From Squalus acanthias (taxonomy: Eukaryota): a DNA stretch of 64,000 nucleotides. A program made the translations under genes and the position numbers. Below, piece after piece: positions 15,120 through 26,658 of the stretch. Positions within the stretch are counted from its first letter, which is position 1, and the number at the start of each line of letters is the position of its first letter. A model generated the notes under the pieces. It saw only the letters and a list, made by a program, of their open reading frames with translations, was not told where the DNA came from and ran no database searches. The stretch covers positions 76,510,001 through 76,574,000 of the forward strand of contig CM059432.1 of the NCBI GenBank assembly GCA_030390025.1, written 5' to 3'.

Positions 15120-17146
15120 ATGACTGCTGCAAGATCGAAGGCTGCTCCTAGATTTGATGCATACCTTGGCTGCAGTGTGTACCATCTACAAGATGCACTG
15201 CAGCAACTCGCCAAGGCTTCCTCGGCAGCACCTCCCAAACCCGCGACCTCTACCACCTAGAAGGACAAGGGCAGCAGGCGCATGGGAACACCACCACCTC
15301 CAAGTTCCCCTCCAAGTCACACACCATCCTGACTTGGAAGTATATCGCCGTTCCTTCATCGTCGCTGGGTCAAAATCCTGGAACTCCCTCCCTAACAGCA
15401 CTGTGGGAGTACCTTCACCTCACGGACTGCAGCGGTTCAAGAAGGCGGCTCACCACCACCTTCTCAAGGGCAATTAGGGATGGGCAATAAATGCTGGCCT
15501 TGCCAGCGACACCCACATCCCATGAAAACGAATAAAAAAAACTCCCTCCATTCTCTTGTGGAGGGAGTAAGAAGGCTCAGGGATATTCTGTTCCCTCTCG
15601 ATGGCCGAAGGAAGCCTCCTCAGCAGACAAAGGCAGCCTGGCTGCAAATTGCTGAGGAGGTAAGCTCAAGGTTGGTGTGCACACCCACCTGGGTGCAGTG
15701 CCGAAAAAGGTACAATGATCTGCTACGCTCAGCAAAAGTGAGTATCACATCACACTTACCTTCTATCTGCCTCCCATCTGTTCTCATCACCAGCACTCAG
15801 CATTGTCAACCTACTCCTCCACATCCCAACTTACCCTTACTTCCCTTGCACCCTTACCTATCCCTCTCTATGTACAGAATCACTTCACCATCCTACTATG
15901 CACCCCTCACACTTGTTCTCACTGTTATGCAATGACAATAACTAACAAGGCACAGGGAAGCACTTTGGTTTTGGCACCTCACTCCATCTTTGTCTCCCTC
16001 TGAGCTTCTATGTTATGGAATCTTTACACTCATTCCATCAATCTCACTGAAACTCTACTTTTGTCCCTCATTACAGGAAAAGAGAGCCCGCAATAAGAGG
16101 GAGAGAGCGAGGACAGGTGGAGGCCCACCATCACTCACAACTTTAACAAATGCTGAGGAGGCTGCTCTCGACATAGTCGGAGGTACAGAGGAGTTGGAAG
16201 TGGGGGATGGAGAGACGGGCACAGTCGAGTAAGCTGGTGACAGAATAGCTTTGCAACCCTCATTAAGATTTCATGAGTGACTGAAATGGCATCTGATGTT
16301 CATACAGATTGAGTTCTGATCATCTGCACAATAGGATGTTTCTGCAACCTAAATATCACATGTCTAACTCATGCCTTTACTCCCCCACAGGACAATCGAG
16401 AGCCCTCCTCCCCACTGTCCAGGAGGAAGAGTCAGACGACTCCTCAGAGGAACCTGCAGCCTCTGAGGGAGCAGCGTCACCAGAACTCAGCGCATCCAGC
16501 ACCAGCGCAGATACGCACACCTCGGTGGGTCCTTCGCGACATAGAGTAGTGTTATCACCTGGTGTATCACAGCTCACAAGTGAGCATCAGCAGATGGTGG
16601 AGACAGTGACAGCAGTGGAGAGTCCTCGTCGGAGGTTGCAGGATGCTCCCAGCTCTGCTCAGCTGCATGTAGACGCCGTGCCTCTGGGACCATCCAGAAA
16701 GGTAACTGCGAGTGTGCAGGGAATGGAGGAGTCCATCTCAAACATGAGCAATGTGGTGGTGCACTCAATGGCGAATGTAGGTGCCGCCATGGAAAGGATG
16801 GCAACCTCCATGGAGGACATAAATCGCCAGACTCAAATGAGCATGGTGACTCTTCTAAATAGATGGTCGGCTATGGAGGATAGATGAGCATCTATTGAGG
16901 AGAGGAACCAGAGATACATGGACATCCCCGTTATGAGGACTGTAAGTACAGAGACGGGTTCTCATGGTCCCACTGATGTGCAGCAAGGTGCTCTCCAGCC
17001 ACTTGCTAGCAGTGAAGTGCGGGTGACCCATGAGAGGGATGTTGGTGGTCATAAGCAAGGAAGTGTGGGCTCCTCTCCAAGCGCTCACACGACCATGCCA
17101 CAGCGGAGCCCCAGATGCCTCACCGAACTGGGATGGCCGTCTCAGC
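15120..17146 (+). pseudogene. Harbinger Myb/SANT-like DNA-binding protein gene, 3 exons, disrupted
   Basis: Exon 1 15120-15737 (MTAARSKAAPRF..AWLQIAEEV..TWVQCRKRYNDL, donor GTGAGT); exon 2 from 16077 (EKRARNKRERARTGGG); exon 3 from 16391. LINE insertion in exon 1 and premature stops. Confidence 0.85.
15160..15540 (+). mobile_element. 3' fragment of family-B CR1-group LINE
   Basis: Near-identical to 38810-39186; ends in GCTGGCCTTGCCAGC stem-loop and A-rich tail; splits Myb exon 1. Confidence 0.92.
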
Positions 17147-17282
17147 CTCTGCACCCTCTCAATGGCCTTCACATCCTTCCTAAAGTGTGGTGACGCAATA
17201 CTCCAGTTGTGGTCTAACCAGCGCTTTATAAAGGTTCAGCGTAACTTCTCTACTTTTGTACTCAATACCCCTATTTATGATG
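17147..17282 (-). mobile_element. Internal CR1 RT fragment at the deletion junction of the Harbinger
   Basis: Similar to 1385-1525 (TACTCCAG.TGTGGTCT, GTACTC..ACCCCT). Confidence 0.7.
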
Positions 17283-17852
17283 TTATAAGCGCTCAGTCAA
17301 TGTGGCCAGAGGGTCTTCCAAGGAGGTCACAGTGCATATGGATTTCAGCTTAAACACTCACAAGCTCAAAAGACCTGCAAAATGTGTTCCAAAACCTCAA
17401 AGCACAAAGTTCTGTCATCTGAAAGTCAGCCATGTTGCACCTCCGCTTTTATGCTGCAGGAGCAGCTGTCAACAGTTCAGATCCTTGCTGAACCCGGCAC
17501 AATCAGCTGGCGTGTTTGTCGGACGACAGGCAACATGCTGAATATTTCTTAAAATGGGAAAAGCCAGTTAAAAAGGTATTATGTAAGCAGTTAACAAGCT
17601 GTTAACTGCCTTAAGTGTCTCTCCCGCCGTCAATCATTTGGATTTTTACTCCCGACCCACCTCCAAACCTGTCCTCTGAGCCCTGGCAAAATCGCGGCCT
17701 TAGGTACAGATCGTGTTATTAATGATATGAACTTACTTCTGTAGGCTGACTTAACAGAGGTCTAAAGTGGATACACAGTAAAGACAATCCTGACTTAAAA
17801 GTGAAGTTGAGACAAACATTGCAAGGTTGACTGATTTTTGAGAGGACACGGA

Positions 17853-19376
17853 GGGGGAAAAATTTAGTAGGTTAGCGCCTCCATTAGCACCTGCAGAGGG
17901 CGGTAACGGGGCGCTGATGCAGTAGCGTCTGGGCGAGGCAAATCCAGCGATGCATGGCAAATCCAGCCCCCTGTTGCGCCGCCGGTACGAGGTACCGTTG
18001 GGGACTTTAACGCCATGCAGCTCGTGACGTCAGTGAGTGTGCAACGCTCACCGGGCGCCCCATCTGCAAAATTTATTGTCGCCACTTAGCTTTGCGCCTC
18101 GACCAGACAGCGACAGGGAGAGCAGGCGCACAGCTGCAGGAACCCGGCTCCAGTGACATTATTTAAAGGCATCAGCATTAATCACTTGCAGCTGTTAGGG
18201 TAGGTTAGTTTCAGTGGCTTCTTGTCAGTTTCAGCCAGTGGACCAGTTTGTATGAGTAATTTCCAGCTTCTTTTTTATCAGCAGTCTTCTGGCAAGTGCA
18301 AAGTGGCTACATTTATTGTTCAAAGATTCAAACTGCTACACTTGGCAACATTAATGGGGGCTGTACTGGGGTGCCACCTCGCCCTACAGGGTCTACAGCG
18401 GAGGGAGCGTAGGCAGCGAGAAAGACGGGAACATGTGCACAGAGGGATGAGGAGGGACATTGGGGCTCTCACCAGGAGGCCTTACCCTCCAAGGGTATTC
18501 CGGCAGCACTTCTCCTACCTTCAATTAAGCGAGGAGCAGTGTATTAGATGGCTCCGCAGCACCAAGGTAGTGGTCACAGAACTCTGCCACCTCCTCCAAA
18601 CAGACCTCCAGCCTCACACCAGGATGACTTAAACCCCAGATCCTTTTTGCTCACCACATGCCCATCATACCATCCCTGTGTCATGCCATATCACAGGGTC
18701 CTGCTGGGCGCAAAGGTGAAATTAGGGAGACCAGAAAATTTTGCAAACTCCATTAATAAATTTATGCATAAACATATCACACATATCACATTAATTCTAA
18801 TAACTAATGACCCATGTGCCTGCCATAGTTGAATATCTGTCATTATGTGCAAGGCATGAGATATGGGTGTGAGTGTTGGTAGGTAGTGATTGTTGGTGGG
18901 TGAGTGCTGGGGGTCTGGTGCTTTGGGCAATGTGTGAAGATTGTGGTACAGGTGGTGGTATGTAGCATTTGTTGAAGCATTCAATCATCCTGACCACCCG
19001 ACTGAGGTGGATCTGCCATGAGCACACCTGCTTCAGTCCTCCGGCTCCTTCTCCTTGTTGTGCTTCTCCTTGCTGAGGCAGCTGCACAGTCAGCAATGCT
19101 GAGAATGAGGTGCTGCTGTATCAATGAACCTCCCCTTTAAGTACTGGGAAAGCCTGTGGCAATGATGAGTTGAGATTAGACTGCACCCGATATTGGTCCA
19201 CCCTTTCAGTGTAATGCCACTGAGCTAGGCCTTTAAGATTTGATTTAACGCCCTTATCATTTCTTTGAGCAGTGAGAATGAATTTTGTGTGCAGTCTAAA
19301 GCATTAGCGCCTGGCGCTAATTCTCACACTTTCTAAAGATATCACCCATTCCTGGGCTATAATGAATTCCTCTCCC
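17853..19376 (+). mobile_element. Internally deleted, old Harbinger element
   Basis: Degenerate TIRs (GGGGGAAAAATTTA vs GGGAGAGGAATTCA); 5' region homologous to 60744-61030; transposase N-terminus on +, Myb remnant on - near 18980-19010. Confidence 0.65.
18354..18632 (+). pseudogene. Harbinger transposase N-terminal fragment
   Basis: RRPYPPRVFRQHFSYLQLSEEQCIRWLR..VVTELCHLLQTDLQP matches the start of the transposase at 61208 (VTELCHLLQPELQP). Confidence 0.8.
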
Positions 19377-19607
19377 TGAGTTTGATGTGTCTCATATTTT
19401 TGACTGCACTTACAATCTCACTAAAATTATCTCAGAATTTTTTTAGTCTCTTTGATTTATAACATACTGATTTTGTTCTAACTGTCATTCTGCATTATTT
19501 TTGTGTTTGTATGTGGAGTCCTGGTCATACTTTTTTCTTTTTCATGCTACATTTTTAACAGTATGAAAATGAATAATTTTATTGCTAAAAAACTCCTCAG
19601 ACATATG

Positions 19608-20748
19608 GGCCGGAATTTTAATTTGGAGATGTGTAGGGAGTGGGGGCGAGGGTTGTGGGGGGGTGGTGGTGGGTGGCTGGAAAGTGGTCAGGAAATCCGG
19701 GAGAATGGAGAATGGGTTTCCTGCAGGCCCTGCCAAATTTAACGGCAGGGCCTGATTAGCATTTACAATCTCTGTTTCCTGCCCGCAGCCAGCCAGATGG
19801 AGAGGCTGGCTGGCTGTCGGGCAGGTAGGCCTGCGGCACCAGGCCGCAAAGAGGAGGAAGGGTGGGATCAGGGTGGGATCGGAGGTCGGTGGGTGATCGG
19901 GGCCCGGAGGGGGGAGGTCGGAAGGTGATGGGGGACTGGAGGGGGGACGTCGGAAGGTGATTGGGGGCCAGAGGGCGGAGGTCGGAAGGCCGGAGGGTGA
20001 TTGGTGGCCAGAGGAGGGCAGGTCAGAAGTTGATTGGGGGCTGGAGGGGGGAGGCCAGAAGATGATCGGAGGCCAGAGGGCGGAGGTCGGACGGCCGGAG
20101 GGTGATCGGGGTATGAAGGGGCGAGGTTAAAAGACCGGGGGGTGGGGGTGGGGGGGGGGTGGGATTAGTAGACGGTGGGAGGATCGGGTGCCGGAGGGGA
20201 GATTGGGGGACAGAGGGGAGATTGGGGGCCGGGTGGTGGTCAGAGGCCGGGGGCAGAGAATCAAAGTATGGAGGGGGGATCGGGAGCCGAGGATCGAAGG
20301 CCGGAGGGGAATCGGAGATCGGAGGCCTCGTGGGGGGGGAGATCAGAGGCTTCGGGGGGCGGGGAGGTCGGGGGGAGATCCGAAGGGTCGGTGGGGTGTC
20401 TGATCATGGGGTTTGGCGAGGCAGGAACGCTGAATCCAGCAGGTAAGTGAAAAGGCACTTACCTCCTGGATCCTGCAGTCCTCACCTCCCTTTAGCTGCT
20501 GCGTTCCTCGATGCCGCCCACAGTTAAATTTGAAATGGTGGTCACCATGAGGCACGTAGCCTCATTATAATATTTAAATTCCAACCTGCCTCCTGGGAGT
20601 GGGTTGGCTGCCCGCCCCCCACCCCCACCCCGTCCCACCTCAGTTAAAACTGGAAGTGGGCGGGTTGAAGTTCGGGATTCAGATTTTTAACTCTTTAACC
20701 TCCCACCCGACCCCAACCTACCCATTTTTTGGGGTTAAAATTTCTCCC
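19608..20748. mobile_element. Harbinger-type MITE with G-rich degenerate internal repeats
   Basis: TIRs GGCCGGAATTTTAA / GGGAGAAATTTTAA (11/14), flanks ATG/ATA; abrupt GC-rich island. Confidence 0.7.
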
Positions 20749-21394
20749 ATAGGGAGTGGTTCAACAAGAACCTAATACCTGTACTCTGCCAAACCACTCC
20801 ATAGTGAGTGAGAGAGGGGGGGAGAAGGCTTCATTTTGACCAGTTTCACTGGCATTCATTTTTGGGGCTAAATAGTATGTTAAGTTGGCAACTATGTTAA
20901 TGCATCCTGTCCAAGTAACCGTACAGCAAGACTACAGCTGATAGAAGATGGATTGTAATGCAACGTCATTCATCTTATTCAATAAACTGTGTGTCACACT
21001 CTCGCTCATTCTATTGTATAAATGATAATACATACATGCCTTGTCCTGTTATGCGATCTTGGTCACAAATCTCAATACAGTATAATAGTGCAATGCAGAT
21101 TAAGGATAAAAAACCTTGCAATCTATCATATACTAAGGATAAAATCATTCAGCTAGGAGAACTACAGACATTCGAAGCAATGTAGCATGCTGATTTTGCT
21201 GCAATCCCCAAAATGACTGCTGCAGTTACTTACCTAAAGGTAGGAAAAGAGAATAAACATTGTCCAAATAGGACTGTCCACTTCTACCTCCTTTCAAGAT
21301 ATACAAACAGGACTGTCCTGGTAGACCAGTCTGTTCTTGTCCCATTGAACTAATTTCATTTTAAGTTGACACTATTTTATTCCCCCCATCTGCC

Positions 21395-22820
21395 CCCCCC
21401 CACCCTTGTCCAGTCCCAACCCACCTACATCAGTGACTCTTCTGACGCCCTATGCACTTTAATGAATTATCGTTTTCTGGTCCCAACTGTCTCCTTCTCG
21501 CCATGGATATACAGTCCCTCTACTCCATTACCCTTTACTAGAGGGCCTGTGGCCCCTCGGCTTCCATCATCACCCTCCTCCATCTGGTTAAACTTCTTCT
21601 CACCTTGAACAACTTCTGCTTTAACTCCATATGCCTCCTGCAAATAAAAAGTGTCACTAACGGAACATGCTTGAATCCTAGCTAAGCCTGTCTTTCTGTA
21701 GGATTTGTTGAACACTTTTTTACAGTCCTACTCAGTTCCTTTCCTGATCTCTTTTTCTGTTACAGTGATGATTGTGTTAGTGCTGCTTCCTATTCTCGCT
21801 CTGATTTAAAAAAAAATAATTAGTTGTGTTTCAAATTTCCACCCATTGTTTACCTTTGCATGGTCCATCTTTGACACTTCTCCTTTCCCTTCCTAGACTT
21901 CTTTCTCTCTCTTTATCTCTGTAAACGTGCTTTCCACAGACATCTATTACAGGCCCACTGACTTCTGCAGCTACCTGGATTATACTTCTTCCCATCCCAC
22001 TTCCTGTAAGGACTCTATTCCTTTCTCCTAGTTTCTCCATCTCTAGCACATCTGCTCTGATGATGCCACTTTTCAAACCAGAGCTTCTGAAATATCTTCC
22101 TTTTTCTGCAACCAAAGATTCCCCTTCTCTGTGGTAGACAAGACCCTCAACTGGCTCTGCCAATCAGCCCTTACCCCTCCTCTCACAGCCATGTTAGGGT
22201 CATCTTTGCCATCACCTTCCACCTCACCAGTCTTCATATTCGCCAGATCATCTTCCACCATTTTCGCCAGCTCCAACTTGATCCCACCGCCAAATGTGTC
22301 TTCCCCTCCCCTCCTCTCTCTGCTTTCTGTAGGGACCGTTCTATCTGTGACACCCTGGTTCACTCTTCCATCAGTCATACCACCTGCTCTCCTATCCTTG
22401 GCACCTTCCTATGCAAGTGCTGGAGATGCAATACCTGCCCACTCACCTTCTTCTACACAAATGTTCAGGGCCCCAAACACTCTGTCCATATGAGACAGCA
22501 ATTTACGTGCACTTCCTCCAACCTAGTAGACTGTATCCGCTGTTCACAGAGTGGTCTCCACTATATAGGGGAAACCAAACGTAGGTTAGGCAACTGCTTT
22601 GCCAAACACCTTTGCTCTGTCCGAAGGTGACCCCAAGCTCCCTGTCACTTGCCACATCAATTCCCCATCTCATTCCCACTTTGACCTCTCCAGTTTTGGC
22701 TTCCTAGACTGTTCCAAATGAAGCTTACTGCAAGCTTGAAGAACAGCACCCTATCTTTCTATTAGGCACTTTGCAGCCTTCTGGCCTTAACATTGAATTT
22801 AAGAACTTCAGATCTTAACT
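21395..22820 (+). mobile_element. Degenerate Penelope-like retroelement (RT + GIY-YIG remnant)
   Basis: Colinear with the reverse complement of 55264-56700 (e.g. CCTGTAAGGACTCTATTCC, TATATAGGGGAAACCAAACG, AACATTGAATTTAAGAACTTCAGATC); many frameshifts. Confidence 0.85.
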
Positions 22821-23574
22821 TTAGTCCCATTTCCTTTATGGGAGGAAATGCTTGTGATGTGGGATGGTTGGATGTCGGTGCTATTTTTCGGGGTGGGGGG
22901 GTGGTGGCACTTATGGTGTGGACCTTTCATTAGAGCACTGCAGGAGGAGCAGTCTACTGTTGTTATCAGCCTGCCTTTTTCTAAGGCTGCTGGATTCTGT
23001 TCCACTTTGTCAGCTTTTCCTATTTCAATTTCAGAACTGTCTTACCTTCCACGCTTAGCTTGAGCTATTCATACGTTCTCTCTGGCTCTTAAATATCTTT
23101 AATTTCTTTTATTATGTTTCTGTTTCTCCCTATTATTTCATGTTATTATCACTTCAGCCATTTAACTATCTCCTTTTAAGTGCTTTACAGGTCATTCTAA
23201 TTCCTCTCATGTAAGTGTAAGCATTTTATCCACATTCACTTTGTTCTGTTCCTTTTTAAATGCTGTTCATCTGTAATAGGCAGAATATGACTTCTTCCAG
23301 AGCTAAACACTTATTTCCACTTGATATCAAAACAGAGGTATACAACTGTTTGCTATTGTGTCCGTATCTTCTGATCACCAGTGAATTGTTAATCTATGAA
23401 GTGCATTTGTGAACAGAACCCTACTTATGGGTGAAAAAGGAGGTTCAACACCAGATTGTCTTCTTTATTTCCATTAAATTTTCCAATTGTCAGGTCTGTG
23501 TTGCTTTGCTAACACTACCTCAACCCTCTCTACACTAACTTGCTAACATGTCTACAAATGAATTTTTCTTTCAG

Positions 23575-24577
23575 CTTGAAGGAAGTGGCTGATGCTGAGG
23601 TATGATTCACCGAGCACTGAACTTCTGGCATCTCACTCAAGTGGGCATTTTTCAACTTTGGGGGCTTTTACAATTGAGCCTGATTCTATCTTCACTTGAC
23701 ATCCAGACATCTCGGACTAGAAATACATTGATGTCGTGCCCGTTTTACAGGCGTAAAACTGGCACTTAAAAATCCAATATGGCGGACAGTGTGCATGCAC
23801 ATTCTGTGCATGCCCTTATTGGGAAAGGTTGAAGTATAGGCGTCCAGGCGTCCACACATGAAACAGATATTAGGCCCTTTCCATATGCAAATAGGGGACT
23901 TAATGCCTGTTTCAGGACCCAGTGCCGAAGTTGGGCTGCCCTGACTACAGCTGGTGCTGGGCCTGCTGCATTTAGGATAACCAAGTCTGTATACGGCCTA
24001 ACTGGCGGTCCTTAACAGCACCGCTGAGGGCGCCACCAGAAAGGTACATTTTTAAAAAATACATACCTGAATATGGAGCCAACGTAGGAGGAGTGCTCCT
24101 CTCAGGTCTACAGCAATCCCGAGGACCATTACCACCGGCTCCTACTTGGCCACCTCCTGATCGCCTCCCTCTCGATCCCTCCTGGGACTTTACCTGATGG
24201 CCTCTGCTGGCAACACAGCACTCCGCAATCTACATCTGCTTCGCTTGCGAGCTGCCTGGGGATGTGCAGGTCTAATTTAAATGTGACCCATTATCGAGTA
24301 TGCCTCAGGCCTACTCATTCCAGTGCAGGGATTTTTCCCTGTACCCAAGTCGAGTTGGCTGGCCTGGTGCTGTCCAATTTCAGCCCCGTGAACTTACTAG
24401 CAAGGATCACTGAGTAATGATCAGGAGTGAGGTAATTTGCTCCATCACCCAATGACACTAGGGCCAATTGTAGCACTCTCACTACCACCCTCGAGTACAT
24501 CTGCTAACTCAACCCTGGCCAGGAATCATGCTGATCTGTATGGCTCAGCACAACACTCAGGTGAATGCTAAAGGGGA
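23575..24577 (-). mobile_element. Old SINE-like element split by the MITE at 23714-24387
   Basis: Reverse strand shares GCTACA(A/C)TTGGCC and ACTCCTGAT blocks with 49005-49100; boundaries approximate. Confidence 0.45.
23714..24387 (+). mobile_element. Harbinger-type MITE (same family as 59707-60336)
   Basis: Starts GGACTAGAAAT, ends ATTTCAGCCCC; interior aligns with the reverse complement of 60040-60336; TSD not preserved. Confidence 0.7.
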
Positions 24578-25129
24578 TATTTTACAAAATAAATCTGCAC
24601 CTGAGTAAAATGTCTGCAAAGTGGTTTTCATAAATAGTGGTTCTAAAATTTAAAGACCTGAAATGTGCTGGTTTTGTTGCAGTTTACAAATTGGCTGCTG
24701 CAGTTGTCAACTTAAGTTAGAAAATGGAGGCAGCAGTTTTCAATAAGGAGCTAGATGCTCTCATTTCTGAGGTCATAAGCATCATGATTAGCTATTTGGA
24801 CATTACTACCTGAGACTGTCAAAGGGAGAGTACAACAAAGTGTGTCAGCAGACATGCTAAAGCATGAAATCCATAATAGAAATAAAACAAAAGATGAGTC
24901 AATCTGAAGTGATACCTCTGCAATTCTCCCAGAAATAAAACATTAAAAAATGCCACAATTTTTCAGATCAGTAAAATGTATGTGAGTAAGCAGTACTAGT
25001 GTAGCCTTTTTTCATATGCAAGTCTGGTTGTGAGCCATGTTAATGTTAATGCAACAGGATTTCACTGCATTCATAGCCCAGGCTATGAATGATACATTTG
25101 AATATGTGTTTCATGTCTATATAAATAAT

Positions 25130-25874
25130 GGGCCAAAAATTCATCCCGCGACGCGAGAGTACGCACTGCGTACTCTCGCGTATTCTCTCTCCAATTGCCG
25201 GTTTTCTGCATGCCCTGCGCATGCGCTGAAAACCGGCACTTGGTCTTTTGAAAAGGGGGCGGTTCCTCGGTGCATCGCGTGCGCGCTACAGGCTGCGCGC
25301 ACGCTGTGCACTTCGTACTTTGGACACGCAGGTAAGGACGGAAGATTTTAGAAATGGAAAAAGGAGGAGTAAGACCCACTTTTAACAAGGTAAGTAGTGA
25401 ATTAAGTATTTTTTTGAATTTTTTTTAACAGGTATATCTTTTTTAGAGACTTTAAAGACAGGTAAGTTTATTTTTATAACTTTTTAAAAGATTTTACATT
25501 TTTTCAAAAATTTAATTTTTTATTTAAAGTGGTTAATTTATTTAACTATACTTATTTTATTAATGTGATGGTTTTTTAAAAAAAATTTAATTGAGGTTTA
25601 GCTGTTATTTTGGGGGGGTGTAAGATTCATAGATTTCACAGCACGTATGTGAAACTTATGAATGGAAGATGGTGTGCTGCCATTGGCTCTAACTGAGTCA
25701 CGTGATCCCACAGCTCGCACGAATTCACTACGCCGGTGGGATACGCAAGCACTGCCCAGCTGATGTCTGGAACATCAAGTTCGTGCGAGCTGGATCTGAA
25801 AAAGCACACGTGGAGTGAGAGATCGCGGGGAAGCCTTACCCCCGCGGGAACAGAGCGAGATCAATTTCTGGGCC
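25130..25874. mobile_element. Harbinger-type MITE
   Basis: 20-bp TIR GGGCCAAAAATTCATCCCGC / GGCCCAGAAATTGATCTCGC (16/20), AAT target duplication on both sides; CpG-rich arms with AT-rich centre. Confidence 0.85.
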
Positions 25875-26658
25875 AATATCTAAACAACAATTTGCTGGTG
25901 CAGTGCAGTGACTTACAATAAGCAAGCCATCTTAGTTATTTTTGTTGGGATAATAGCTCATGGAGAGCAATTACTTGAGCATGGATTGGAACATCTTTGA
26001 ATGCCTTGTTGTTTATTGGTAAACTTAATTGTGAATCGTTACATATTACTTGAGAATGCAAGCTTTGCATTTTTGAGAAAGAATAAGATTTGCTTTATTT
26101 ATGAAACATAGGCCGGAATTACTTGGGGTCCGTGCGGGCAGGAATGTAGGTGGGTTGGGTGGGAAATTCGAAAAAAGTAGCAGCGGGTCGGGAACTTGCC
26201 AACATCCCGCCCCTACGCGCCTTTCCTCGGGCGCGTTTGCCTGTGCGGCAGTGACCCAACCGGCAGAGGTGAGCGGCCTAATTGAAATTATTATAGCCTT
26301 GTTTTCAGACAGTTAAGAGCCTTTTTCCCCCTACATTTCAAATTTCCCTGCATGGCCACGGGATTCACGCAGCTCGGGAACCACATCTGTCAACCTGAGG
26401 CGGGAGTTGAGTGGCCATTGCTCCAGCTGATTATTTGACAGCATCAAATGTACTATAAAAGCTCCCACCTCACAGCTGGTCACTTTCCTTAGGCAGAAGC
26501 TGCTGCTGACTGAATTCTCAGCACAGATTGAGCTTTCTGCAGGCTGCAAGTGTTTCCAGCAAAGTCTCCATCGAGTCTCACCTCATTGGAAGAACCTCTC
26601 TCACCATTGACAGATCACTTCTGTCAACTCTACTTGACCTGCCATCTCTTCCATCAGC

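Larger units (their letters stand above)
14851..17699 (+). mobile_element. PIF/Harbinger transposon, non-autonomous (Myb gene only)
   Basis: Perfect 17-bp TIR GGCCGCGATTTTGCCAG (14851-14867 / 17683-17699) with TTA target duplication (14848-50 / 17700-02). Confidence 0.95.

Noticed and set aside
20159..20555. Gly/Pro-rich ORFs
   Set aside because: Open in many frames because the G-rich repeat lacks stop codons
22900..22940. Possible hammerhead remnant beside the old Penelope copy
   Set aside because: Minus-strand CTAATGAAAGGTC has a mutated core, no GAAA or stem II partner, and the wrong strand relative to the ORF
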